Source of the DNA: Candidatus Woesebacteria bacterium GW2011_GWB1_39_12
GTDB lineage: Bacteria > Patescibacteriota > Microgenomatia > UBA8517
Assembly: GCA_000993405.1 (NCBI GenBank)
Contig: LBWB01000004.1
Coordinates: 4,861 to 68,860 of the forward strand
Direction: 5' to 3'
Length of the DNA stretch: 64,000 nt
Position numbers and translations under genes: made by a program. Positions within the stretch are counted from its first letter, which is position 1; the number at the start of each line of letters is the position of its first letter. The notes beneath the pieces were generated by a model that was given only the letters and a program-made list of their open reading frames with translations, ran no database searches and was not told where the DNA came from. Positions 47,661-56,951 of this stretch are shown here, piece after piece.

Positions 47661-48449
47661 ATGCTTAGAGGAAAGCACCTTCTTATTGGTTCGCTTCTAC
47701 TTAATTTAATTTTCATTTTTATTCTTACTTATAAAGCTCAAAAGCCTACTCTTAAAGAGCTTTCGGATGAGAACGAGATATCTGAGCTTATAAAAGATGA
47801 AAATAATAATGCTCAAGTTATCGGAGCCGAAGAAGAAATCGATTTGCAAAAAGTAATAAAAGTGATCGACGGGGATACGATTGTTTTGGAAAATAGTGAA
47901 ACAGTCCGATATATCGGAATCGATACTCCTGAAGTTTCTCAGGGAAGAGAATGCTTTTCAAAAGAATCGACAGAGAAAAATATAGAGCTAGTGTTAGGTA
48001 AAGAAATTCGATTGAAAAAAGATGTTTCAGAGAGAGATAGATATGGAAGGTTATTACGTTATGTTTATGTCGGAGACACTTTTATTAATGAAACATTAGT
48101 TAGAGATGGATTTGCATTCTCCTACACATATCCACCGGACGTAAAGTACTCGGAACTATTTAAAGAAGCCGAAAAAGATGCAAGAGAAAATAAACGTGGA
48201 TTATGGGGAAAATGTAACGAAAGTTTAAGAATAAGTCCAAGTTTAAGAGAAGAAAAAACTGATGGTTCTGCCAATTCAAGTCAGAACTTAAACTTAGACT
48301 TAAACTGTTCTTCTAATTCATATAATTGTACTGATTTTAAAACTCAAGCCGAAGCGCAGTCAGTTTTTGAATCCTGCGGGGGAACTTCCAATGATATTCA
48401 TAAATTGGATCGAGATGGAGACGGACGCGTTTGTGAAACACTCCCTTAA
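47661..48449 (+). CDS. Thermonuclease (SNase-like) with C-terminal Excalibur calcium-binding domain
   Basis: SNase core VIDGDTI…RYIGIDTPE…RLLRYVY; C-terminal CTDF…DRDGDGRVCE. Confidence 0.75.
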   Translation: MLRGKHLLIGSLLLNLIFIFILTYKAQKPTLKELSDENEISELIKDENNNAQVIGAEEEIDLQKVIKVIDGDTIVLENSETVRYIGIDTPEVSQGRECFSKESTEKNIELVLGKEIRLKKDVSERDRYGRLLRYVYVGDTFINETLVRDGFAFSYTYPPDVKYSELFKEAEKDARENKRGLWGKCNESLRISPSLREEKTDGSANSSQNLNLDLNCSSNSYNCTDFKTQAEAQSVFESCGGTSNDIHKLDRDGDGRVCETLP

Positions 48450-48760
48450 GTAAAAGCAAGTTGGATGAAGCCAAGTATAATTCCCATTAAAGAGAAAGCT
48501 ATCGCCGCAAGTAAAATAATTATTACAGCCGATATTTTTCTGTTATAAGGGTGAAGAATTTTAAGAGATAAAAACGGGATCATAACGATGAGAGAATAAA
48601 AAATTATTTTAAAAAATTGTGTAAAGTAGGTAGCTATCAATGCAGGGTTTTTGTAGGGATTAAAATTATGAGTGTATTGGTTTAAAATCTGGGTTAAATT
48701 CGAATCAAAAATTTTATAACTCTGAATTAATTTTCCGACAATTTTATTTAATGAAGTCAT
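48446..48760 (-). CDS. Hypothetical membrane protein
   Basis: ORF with 2-3 TM helices. Confidence 0.3.
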   Translation of the reverse strand: MTSLNKIVGKLIQSYKIFDSNLTQILNQYTHNFNPYKNPALIATYFTQFFKIIFYSLIVMIPFLSLKILHPYNRKISAVIIILLAAIAFSLMGIILGFIQLAFT

Positions 48761-50148
48761 TTCAATTCGTTTAGTCTTTTGAGTAAATCCGATCTTTCAT
48801 TATCCATTTTCTTCTCAACGACTTCATCGAAAAGTTTTTGAAGGATTTCCCCAACTTTGGGTCCAGGTGGAATTCCCATAATTTCCATTACGTCATTACC
48901 CTTTATTTTCAAGTCATGGACGGTAAATGGTTGTTTTTGTACTTCGATGAGGCGTTTTTTAAATTCTTCAAGACGCCATGAAGTTTCTCTTGCGCCGCCT
49001 CCGAGTCTGTCTCCGGTTCTTAAATCCAATATATCAGCAAGATTTTCAAGTCCAACTCTCCTGATAAATCTTCTTAAAGCCGAATCTGTCTGATGTTCGT
49101 CCACACTGAACTGATGCCAGCGAACGAGTCGGTAAAACTTATCCTTCTCTTTATTAGAAAACCTGAGTCTATCGGCAATCCTTTTAGCAATTATGGCCCC
49201 CAAGATTTCGTGATTGTAAAAAGTGATTGTGCCAGTTTCTAATTTTTTGAAAGTAATAGGTTTGGCGATGTCATGAATTAAAGTTGCCAGTCGTACAATC
49301 GGATTCTTGTTTTTTTCTGCGACGTACTTTAGAGAAAGCATGCTGTGGGTTCCAACATCATAAATATGGTGTCTTCCCGGAGATTTTTGTTCAACTCCGA
49401 AAGTTTTCTCCATTTCAGGTAAAATTTCCTGCATCAAAAGTGAATTTTTGAAAAGCAGCATTCCATCATATGGATTAGGGGAAGCAAGTATTTTCAAGAG
49501 CTCGTCTTTAACCCTCTCTTTACTAATTTTATTGATTAAAGTAGCATTTACATTAATTGCTTCAAACGTTTTTTCTTCGATTGTAAAACCTAATTCCGCC
49601 GCGATTCGAATGGCGCGCATCATTCTTAGTGCGTCTTCGGAAAAACGCTCATTGGGATCTCCTACAGCACGGATGAGCCTCTTTTTTATATCGGATTGGC
49701 CATTGAATAGATCAATAATTTTAGCTTCAACTGTTATTAAAGTGTGATCGGTGGTCGGTGATCGGTGATCAGTAATATCCAATGCAAGCGCATTGATTGT
49801 GAAATCGCGTCTTTTCAAATCCTCCTCCAATGTTTTTCCCCATTCGACTTTGTCCGGCCGTCTCGCGTCCGAATAGCCGTGTTCGGTTCTGAAAGTGGTT
49901 ATTTCATACGGCCTTTCACCTTCAATATCGGAAGAGATCCCAATTGTTCCGAAAACATTGTCGTAAAAAGCATCGGGAAAAATTTTGAGCATTTTATCCG
50001 GAGTAGCATTTGTTGTGAAGTCCCAATCGTAAACAGACTTTCCCATCAGAATGTCACGTACTGCTCCGCCGACGATATAAATTTCGTAGTTTGCCTTCTC
50101 GAACTTGTCTAATATTTTCGCAACCTGCGTGGGTATTTCCAGTTTCAT
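48757..50148 (-). CDS. cca: CCA-adding tRNA nucleotidyltransferase with HD domain
   Basis: PolyA_pol head IYIVGGAVRD with DxD, C-terminal HD domain; the in-window tRNA lacks encoded CCA. Confidence 0.8.
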   Translation of the reverse strand: MKLEIPTQVAKILDKFEKANYEIYIVGGAVRDILMGKSVYDWDFTTNATPDKMLKIFPDAFYDNVFGTIGISSDIEGERPYEITTFRTEHGYSDARRPDKVEWGKTLEEDLKRRDFTINALALDITDHRSPTTDHTLITVEAKIIDLFNGQSDIKKRLIRAVGDPNERFSEDALRMMRAIRIAAELGFTIEEKTFEAINVNATLINKISKERVKDELLKILASPNPYDGMLLFKNSLLMQEILPEMEKTFGVEQKSPGRHHIYDVGTHSMLSLKYVAEKNKNPIVRLATLIHDIAKPITFKKLETGTITFYNHEILGAIIAKRIADRLRFSNKEKDKFYRLVRWHQFSVDEHQTDSALRRFIRRVGLENLADILDLRTGDRLGGGARETSWRLEEFKKRLIEVQKQPFTVHDLKIKGNDVMEIMGIPPGPKVGEILQKLFDEVVEKKMDNERSDLLKRLNELK

Positions 50149-50238
50149 ATTATTTATTATATTCTATGCGATACGAATACACGAATCGAGTCAGACTCGA
50201 CGAATGCATGCGAATGACGCGAATGGTAATATAGGAAC

Positions 50239-51951
50239 ATGAATGACAAAAATTTAAAGTGGGAAATAGTTGGAAAACTAAAAAACTTAAGAATTAAAGA
50301 ACTTAAGAATAAAGATGTGGTTGATATTTTATTGGAAAACAGGGGATTAAAGACTGAAATACAAAAAAGGAAGTTTTTCAATCCAACACCACCAGAAAAG
50401 ATAGCAGTTAAAAGTTTAAGTATAAGTGAAAAAGAATTGTCAAAAGCAATAAAAAGGATTAAGGAAGCCATTAAAAAGGACGAGGAAATAATAATTTATG
50501 GCGATTATGATGCTGATGGGATTTGTGCAACAGCGATTTTATGGGAATGTTTGTATTCACTCACCAAGACTGTTTATCCATATATTCCAAGCAGATTCGA
50601 TGAGGGGTATGGGATTAACGCTGAAAGCGTTGAAAAACTCAAAAACTCCAAACATCCAAATCTCCAATTAATAATTACTGTCGATAATGGGATTGTCGCG
50701 TCAAACGCGATTGATATTGCAAACAAACTTGGTATTGATGTGATTGTTACCGACCACCATCAACCCGGAAAGAAACTTCCGAAAGCATTCTCCATTATTC
50801 ATACGGATAAGATTAGTGGCTCAGGTATTGCTTGGATTTTGGCAAGAGAAGTTTTAGCCAAGCTACCAGCTACAAGCTACCAGCTACAAAGTTCTTTAGA
50901 ACTTGCTGTCATTGGAACAATTGCGGATCAACTACCTTTGCTTGGTCCAAACCGTTCTTTTGCAAAATACGGTCTGGAGGCATTAAATTTTACACAAAGA
51001 CCGGGATTACTGGCCTTATTCGAGGAGGCTGGTTTAGTTGATAGTCAAACCCGCCTCCGCAAAAAGGCTACGGCGAGGCAAGTGGGAACTTATGAAGTAA
51101 ATTTTGTTATTGCACCACGCATTAATGCAATGGGGAGAATGGAACATGCAATTGATTCATTGCGGCTTTTATGTACAAAAAACGCTTTAAAGGCAAAGGA
51201 ACTTGCCGAGTTTCTTGGAAGAACAAATAGAGAAAGACAAAGAGTAGTTGAGGAGGTAGTTTTGCACGCCATGCGCCTTGCTCAGGGTAAACTCGCTAGG
51301 GGGACGATAGTAATAGCTGGCGATTATCATGAGGGAGTTATTGGGCTGGCTGCTTCAAAGTTAGTTGAAGAATTTTACAGGCCGGCGATAGTTTTATCAA
51401 AAGGCCAGAAGATCTCAAAAGCGTCGGCCCGTTCTATTTCTGGATTTAATATTATCGAATCGATAAGAAAACTTGATAACATTACTCTCGGCGGTGGAGG
51501 TCATCCCATGGCGGCCGGTTTTAGCATAGAAACAGATAAAATCGAAATATTTAGTCAAAAGTTTGAAGAAATAACGTCACCGTTATTAACGGACGAGATC
51601 TTAACCAGGAAGCTTAAGATTGATGCGGAAATTGATTTTGGCGTTTTGAGTTTGGAACTTGCCGATAAATTGAGCGAGTTTGAGCCAACTGGAATCGGGA
51701 ATTCGACACCCACTTTTGCTACTTATGGCGTAGGGATTATTGACGCACGGACCGTAGGTAATGATGGAAAACATTTGAAACTTACTCTTGAGAAGGGTGA
51801 TAAGAAGTTTGGTGCCATAGCTTTTGGGAAAGGGGAAATGTTTCCTAAGCTTTCATCCAATAAAAAGATTGATATTGCCTACAATATAACTGCTGACGCT
51901 TGGAATGGCAATAAAAGCTTACAATTAAAGGTGAAAGATATAAAAATGTGA
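50239..51951 (+). CDS. recJ: Single-stranded-DNA-specific exonuclease RecJ
   Basis: DHH motifs (IIYGDYDADGICATA, VTDHH), DHHA1 GGGGH, C-terminal OB-like domain. Confidence 0.85.
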   Translation: MNDKNLKWEIVGKLKNLRIKELKNKDVVDILLENRGLKTEIQKRKFFNPTPPEKIAVKSLSISEKELSKAIKRIKEAIKKDEEIIIYGDYDADGICATAILWECLYSLTKTVYPYIPSRFDEGYGINAESVEKLKNSKHPNLQLIITVDNGIVASNAIDIANKLGIDVIVTDHHQPGKKLPKAFSIIHTDKISGSGIAWILAREVLAKLPATSYQLQSSLELAVIGTIADQLPLLGPNRSFAKYGLEALNFTQRPGLLALFEEAGLVDSQTRLRKKATARQVGTYEVNFVIAPRINAMGRMEHAIDSLRLLCTKNALKAKELAEFLGRTNRERQRVVEEVVLHAMRLAQGKLARGTIVIAGDYHEGVIGLAASKLVEEFYRPAIVLSKGQKISKASARSISGFNIIESIRKLDNITLGGGGHPMAAGFSIETDKIEIFSQKFEEITSPLLTDEILTRKLKIDAEIDFGVLSLELADKLSEFEPTGIGNSTPTFATYGVGIIDARTVGNDGKHLKLTLEKGDKKFGAIAFGKGEMFPKLSSNKKIDIAYNITADAWNGNKSLQLKVKDIKM

Positions 51952-51968
51952 TCTAAGAAATCTGTGAT

Positions 51969-53459
51969 ATGGAAGAAGAATATAAAAAACTAGTTACAAA
52001 AATAAAACATTATAACCCCAATCCCAATCTTGAATTGGTTTCAAAGGCATGGGAATTTGCGAAATTGGCCCATTACGGCCAGGAAAGGTTGTCGGGTGAT
52101 CCCACAATTTCTCATCCATTGGCAGTTACCCACATTCTGGCGGACTGGAAACTTGACTCTATATCTATAGCTTCAGGACTTTTGCACGATACAATTGAGG
52201 ACTGTGGCATTAAAAAAGAAGAGCTTGTCGACGAATTCGGTGAGGACGTGGCTAACCTTGTCGACGGTGTTACCGACATTAGTAAGTTAAAGCTTCGAGG
52301 AAGCAAAGACGAGGAATTTGTTGATAACTTGAGAAAGATGCTTCTGGTTATGGCAAAGGACTTGAGGGTCGTATTTGTGAGGCTTGCCGATAGACTTCAC
52401 AACATGCGTACACTGGAATTTTTGTCGGAAGAAAAGCAAAAAAGAATTGCAAGAGAAACTTTGGAAGTATTTGCTCCGTTAGCAGAAAGACTTGGAATTG
52501 GGGAGGTAAAAAGTGAGCTGGAAGATCTGGCCTTCCCGTATGTTTATCCCGATGAATATAAAAAGGTTAGTGAGTTATCTAAACCTCAATATAAAAAGGC
52601 AGAAGATCATATTAAAAAGATGAAAAGGGTTTTACATAAAAAATTGGGTATTCAGGGTATACGGGCAAAAATTCACTCCAGAAAAAAACATCTTTATTCG
52701 CTTTGGAGAAAATTAGAACGTTCGGAGATAAACTGGGATTTTGAAAAAATACAGGATATTGTTGCATTAAGGATCTTGGTAGAAACTGTTGAAAATTGTT
52801 ATACAGCGCTTGGAATTGTACATAATACTTATAAACCCGTACCCCAGATAGCAATTTCTGATTTTATTTCCCAACCTAAACCCAATGGATACCGTTCCAT
52901 TCACACAAAAGTCTTCGGACCGGGAGATAGGATAGTTGAGGTTCAAATAGCGACTTTTGAAATGTATGAGGAAAATGAATACGGTCTTGCATCACACTGG
53001 TATTATTCATTGATGAAAAGCGGAAAAGCCAGCGATAAAGTTGTAGAACGGGGATTTTTTGCACCTACTGAAAAAATAAATTGGGTAAAACAGCTTGTTG
53101 ATTGGCAGAAAAAAGAGGCGGACAGCGATGAATTTATAAGAGCGGTAAAATTTGATGCACTGGCAGAGAGAATCTTTGTTTTTTCACCTAAGGGCGACGT
53201 TTTTGATCTGCCTATTAATGCAAGCCCCGTTGACTATGCTTTTGCCGTGCATACAGACTTAGGAGCATACATAAAAGCAGCCAAAGTCAACGGGAAAATG
53301 ATTCCGCTTTCGTATAAATTAAAAAGTAGCGACGTTGTCGAGATTATCAAATCCAAAGAAAAAAGAAAACCAAGCCATGACTGGCTGGAGTTTGTTGTTA
53401 CAACCGAAGCCCGTCGCGAAATCGAGAAACATTTGAGAAAGGAAGGCTTAAAGAGTTAA
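51969..53459 (+). CDS. rel: RelA/SpoT-family (p)ppGpp synthetase/hydrolase, short form (HD + synthetase + TGS, no ACT)
   Basis: HD motif LLHDTIEDC, synthetase region DIVALRILV…GYRSIH, TGS segment. Confidence 0.85.
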   Translation: MEEEYKKLVTKIKHYNPNPNLELVSKAWEFAKLAHYGQERLSGDPTISHPLAVTHILADWKLDSISIASGLLHDTIEDCGIKKEELVDEFGEDVANLVDGVTDISKLKLRGSKDEEFVDNLRKMLLVMAKDLRVVFVRLADRLHNMRTLEFLSEEKQKRIARETLEVFAPLAERLGIGEVKSELEDLAFPYVYPDEYKKVSELSKPQYKKAEDHIKKMKRVLHKKLGIQGIRAKIHSRKKHLYSLWRKLERSEINWDFEKIQDIVALRILVETVENCYTALGIVHNTYKPVPQIAISDFISQPKPNGYRSIHTKVFGPGDRIVEVQIATFEMYEENEYGLASHWYYSLMKSGKASDKVVERGFFAPTEKINWVKQLVDWQKKEADSDEFIRAVKFDALAERIFVFSPKGDVFDLPINASPVDYAFAVHTDLGAYIKAAKVNGKMIPLSYKLKSSDVVEIIKSKEKRKPSHDWLEFVVTTEARREIEKHLRKEGLKS

Positions 53460-53468
53460 AATACGAAG

Positions 53469-54860
53469 ATGGAGAGAACGTTAGTTGTTGAAACATTAAA
53501 AAAAGTTGGTGAAGAAGTGAAACTTCAAGGTTGGATTGATTCAATTCGGGATCACGGAAAGATTACCTTCATTGATTTAAGGGATAGAAGCGGGAAGTTG
53601 CAATGTGTGGGCAACAATTTGCCAAAGGTTACGGTTGAGAGCGTTATCGAAGTTATCGGGAAAGTTACAGACCGTCCCGAAAAACTCATAAACCAGAATT
53701 TAGATACGGGTAAAGTTGAAGTCCAGATAGAAGAACTTTCATTGGTTTCTTCCGCAAGCGAAATTCCGATTCCATTAGATACAGACGGTTATGATATCGA
53801 GGAAGAGGTAAGAATGAAATATCGGTATTTGGATTTAAGAAGAAGGAGAATGGCACGCAATTTAAGAATTCGTTCAAAAGTTGCAAACTTCATGCGCAGA
53901 TGGCTTTTAGAGCGTGATTTTGTGGAAATCGAAACACCCATTTTGACAAAGACGACTCCCGAAGGAGCAAGAGACTTTTTGGTTCCTTCCAGGCTTCAGC
54001 GCGGAAAGTTTTACGCTCTCCCTCAAAGCCCGCAACAGTACAAACAGCTTTTGATGGTCGCCGGTTTTGAAAGGTATTTTCAGCTTGCAAGATGTTTCAG
54101 GGACGAAGATCCTCGACGCGACAGAGCATATGGTGAGTTTACGCAACTTGATATTGAAATGTCCTTTATAACTCAGGAAGACATACTTAATCTTACTGAA
54201 GCGCTATTTACGGAGCTTGTAAAAGAAGTGTTTCCGGAAAAGAAAATAACCAAATCTCCATGGCCAAGAATTTCCCATAAAGACGCCATTTCTAAATATA
54301 AAAGCGACAAGCCTGATTTAAGGAAGAATAAAAATGATCCTGATGAGTTGGCTTTTGCCTGGATAATTGATTTTCCGCTATTTTCAGAGCAATCCAAAGA
54401 AGATTTTTATTACGGTTCAGGTTCTTCCAAATTTGCACCATCACACCATATGTTTACTGCTCCACATCCTGAAGATATTTCTCTTCTTGAAACGGATCCG
54501 ACTAAAGTTCGCGGACTTCAGCATGATATGGTACTTAATGGTTATGAGGTTGGAGGTGGAAGTATCAGGATTCATCAGCCGGAAATACAGGCAAAGATTT
54601 TTGACCTTATCGGATTTTCGGAAAAGCAGAAAAAAGAATTTGAACATATGTTGACAGCATTTAAATATGGAGTTCCGCCTCATGGAGGAATAGCCCCCGG
54701 AGTTGATAGATTCACTTACGTTACGCTTGGAGAACCGAGTATTCGGGAAGTTATGGCGTTTCCGACCTCGGCGTCAGGCCAGACAGCTGTAATGGATGCA
54801 CCAAGCGAAGCTTCTCAGGGACAGCTTGAAGAGTTGGGAATTAAAATAGGAAAAAAATAA
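53469..54860 (+). CDS. aspS: Aspartyl-tRNA synthetase, short archaeal/eukaryal-type
   Basis: N-terminal OB fold, class II motifs (FRDE…, GGGSIRIH, GxAPGxDR), about 460 aa. Confidence 0.9.
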   Translation: MERTLVVETLKKVGEEVKLQGWIDSIRDHGKITFIDLRDRSGKLQCVGNNLPKVTVESVIEVIGKVTDRPEKLINQNLDTGKVEVQIEELSLVSSASEIPIPLDTDGYDIEEEVRMKYRYLDLRRRRMARNLRIRSKVANFMRRWLLERDFVEIETPILTKTTPEGARDFLVPSRLQRGKFYALPQSPQQYKQLLMVAGFERYFQLARCFRDEDPRRDRAYGEFTQLDIEMSFITQEDILNLTEALFTELVKEVFPEKKITKSPWPRISHKDAISKYKSDKPDLRKNKNDPDELAFAWIIDFPLFSEQSKEDFYYGSGSSKFAPSHHMFTAPHPEDISLLETDPTKVRGLQHDMVLNGYEVGGGSIRIHQPEIQAKIFDLIGFSEKQKKEFEHMLTAFKYGVPPHGGIAPGVDRFTYVTLGEPSIREVMAFPTSASGQTAVMDAPSEASQGQLEELGIKIGKK

Positions 54861-54873
54861 CCCCTATTTTTAT

Positions 54874-55803
54874 ATGAAACTTTTATATTTGGCAATTATT
54901 TCCTTTTTCTTTATTGCAACTTCGACGCTTGCCATCAATTCCTTTAATGTTAAACCCCAAGAGCCTAGTAGCCCAAACCCGACTCGATTGATAAATGATG
55001 AAATAAGTTTAGTACCCCTGCCCGTTTTAACAAGGAGTGATTCATTACCTGTACTTTCCGCTTATTCCGTACTGGCGGTTGACGTGGATTCAGGAGTTTC
55101 CCTTTATGAAAAAAATCCCGACACGTCGCTTTTACCCGCTTCAACAACAAAAATAGTAACCTCTTTGGTTGCTATTGACTATTATCATCCTGATGAGGTT
55201 CTGACAGTCGGACCCGAAGTAAATGTGGAAGGACAAAAAATGAGATTGGTAATTGGAGAAAAAATAAAAGTAAATGATCTTTTATACGGACTTTTAGTTT
55301 ATAGCGCAAATGATGCTGCTGAAGTTTTGGCTAAGAATTATCCGGGCGGGAGAGGATCATTTGTAACTGCCATGAATTTAAAGGCGAGGGACTTGAACCT
55401 TCACAATTCAAACTTTACTAACCCAACCGGACTTGATGGAAGCAGCCATGTAAGCTCAGCCCGGGATTTGGTAAGAATTTCCGCCTTCGCCATGAGAAAT
55501 CCTTATTTTAGAAAGATTGTGGGGACTAAAGAAACCGTTGTAAAAAGTAGTGATGAGAAGTTTGTCCACAGACTTACGAATATTAATGAGCTTTTGGGAG
55601 AAGTTGAAGGAGTTTTGGGTGTCAAAACCGGCTGGACTGAAAACGCCCAGGAAAATTTGGTCACCTATGTTGAGAGAGGCGACAGAAAAGTTATGATTGC
55701 AGTTCTGGGAAGTAATGACAGATTTGGAGAAACTTCAAACTTAATTGAATGGATATTTGGAAACTACGAGTGGAGAAGTGTTCAAAAACCCTACTTTCCG
55801 TAG
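54874..55803 (+). CDS. D-alanyl-D-alanine carboxypeptidase (S11, PBP5/6-like)
   Basis: Signal peptide; SxxK (ASTTK), SxN (YSAND), KTG triad. Confidence 0.75.
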   Translation: MKLLYLAIISFFFIATSTLAINSFNVKPQEPSSPNPTRLINDEISLVPLPVLTRSDSLPVLSAYSVLAVDVDSGVSLYEKNPDTSLLPASTTKIVTSLVAIDYYHPDEVLTVGPEVNVEGQKMRLVIGEKIKVNDLLYGLLVYSANDAAEVLAKNYPGGRGSFVTAMNLKARDLNLHNSNFTNPTGLDGSSHVSSARDLVRISAFAMRNPYFRKIVGTKETVVKSSDEKFVHRLTNINELLGEVEGVLGVKTGWTENAQENLVTYVERGDRKVMIAVLGSNDRFGETSNLIEWIFGNYEWRSVQKPYFP

Positions 55804-56846
55804 AACTCGTCTGTCACTGCCGGCACATAGGCAAAAAAATTGTTATCTCCTTCAAAAACTACCACAGGTTGGTAATATTCCTGATATTGTCCTGCGTCAT
55901 AGTAGGCAAGATAAACTTTGCGGATGGTTGCGCTGTCTTTATTATCACCCAAGTTTGCAATAAAACCTTTTCCATTTTTTAGTTCTTCGAAAGCTTGATC
56001 AGACTTTTTAAGTGGATATGTGGAAAATTTAGTTGCGTCAAGTGGAAAGTAGTGGTATTCGCCAATAATTATTTGTCCTCCGCGTCCTCCCGAAATAATA
56101 AACCAGACGTTTGCTTCGGGCATATCGGGGGTAACGCTTTGGATACTATCATTTATTCCATACCCCTTTCTAAAAAGATTGATTTTAATGAGATTTGATT
56201 CGGACAAAGATGATACCGAATTAAAGTTTGTTGCCTCGTATCTTAAAAACTGGTGAGTAAAAGGACTTTCTTTCAAATCCTCGGCCAAAAGTTTTGCGTT
56301 TCGTAATAAATCCCGTGCAGTTTGAGTACCCTCCTCGGGTGCAGGAGGAACTCCCTGGAGAATAAGCGGATCTTCTTCGATATTGTAACTCATAGAGAAG
56401 ATTCCGGTGATGATATTAAGAGTAAGTTTTGAAGGTAAAGATCCTTTTTCAAAAATGTAGACGTTGGGAATACTTTCGACGACTCTTTTTCCTTCCGTTT
56501 TAAAACCCAAAGAATTAGCTTTCTCATTGGCATCCTCAAGTGCTTTTATATTAGTTACAAATGGAGGCATGGTATAGATTTCCGTAAGCTCAGCAATCTC
56601 CGGCAGTTTTCCTTCAGGGAGTTCCAAAGCGTAATTAATCGTTGGATTAGGCTTTTGCGGAAAAGGCAATTTGGGAAGTTTGCCAAAGGCGGTGGTCGGC
56701 TTGGGTTTTGGAGGTGGGACAAGTCTTCTATAAACGGTAGCTCCAATATTAAAAACAAATCTTCCGATAACAATAAGAATTATTATATAAATTCCGTAGC
56801 GGATTACTCTTCTTGAGGTGATTGATATTTGGGTTAAGGAAGCCAT
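55791..56846 (-). CDS. Hypothetical membrane-anchored secreted protein
   Basis: N-terminal TM then Pro/Lys-rich linker; degenerate heptamer tract upstream. Confidence 0.3.
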   Translation of the reverse strand: MASLTQISITSRRVIRYGIYIIILIVIGRFVFNIGATVYRRLVPPPKPKPTTAFGKLPKLPFPQKPNPTINYALELPEGKLPEIAELTEIYTMPPFVTNIKALEDANEKANSLGFKTEGKRVVESIPNVYIFEKGSLPSKLTLNIITGIFSMSYNIEEDPLILQGVPPAPEEGTQTARDLLRNAKLLAEDLKESPFTHQFLRYEATNFNSVSSLSESNLIKINLFRKGYGINDSIQSVTPDMPEANVWFIISGGRGGQIIIGEYHYFPLDATKFSTYPLKKSDQAFEELKNGKGFIANLGDNKDSATIRKVYLAYYDAGQYQEYYQPVVVFEGDNNFFAYVPAVTDEFYGK

Positions 56847-56861
56847 ATAGTCGCTTACGCT

Positions 56862-56894
56862 CCAATTTCTAATTTCAAATTTCTAATTTCCAAT
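56862..56894 (-). repeat. Degenerate heptanucleotide tract related to the pilin TTGGAAA repeats, containing an in-frame TAG
   Basis: Minus strand ATG AAT CTC A TTGGAAA TTAGAAA TTTGAAA TTAGAAA TTGGAGC; the upstream ATG is in frame with the 55791-56846 ORF but blocked by the TAG. Confidence 0.7.
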
Positions 56895-56951
56895 GAGATT
56901 CATTCTTGCTCCTTTGAGTATACAATCCTAGAGTGCTAAAATTCAATCAGG

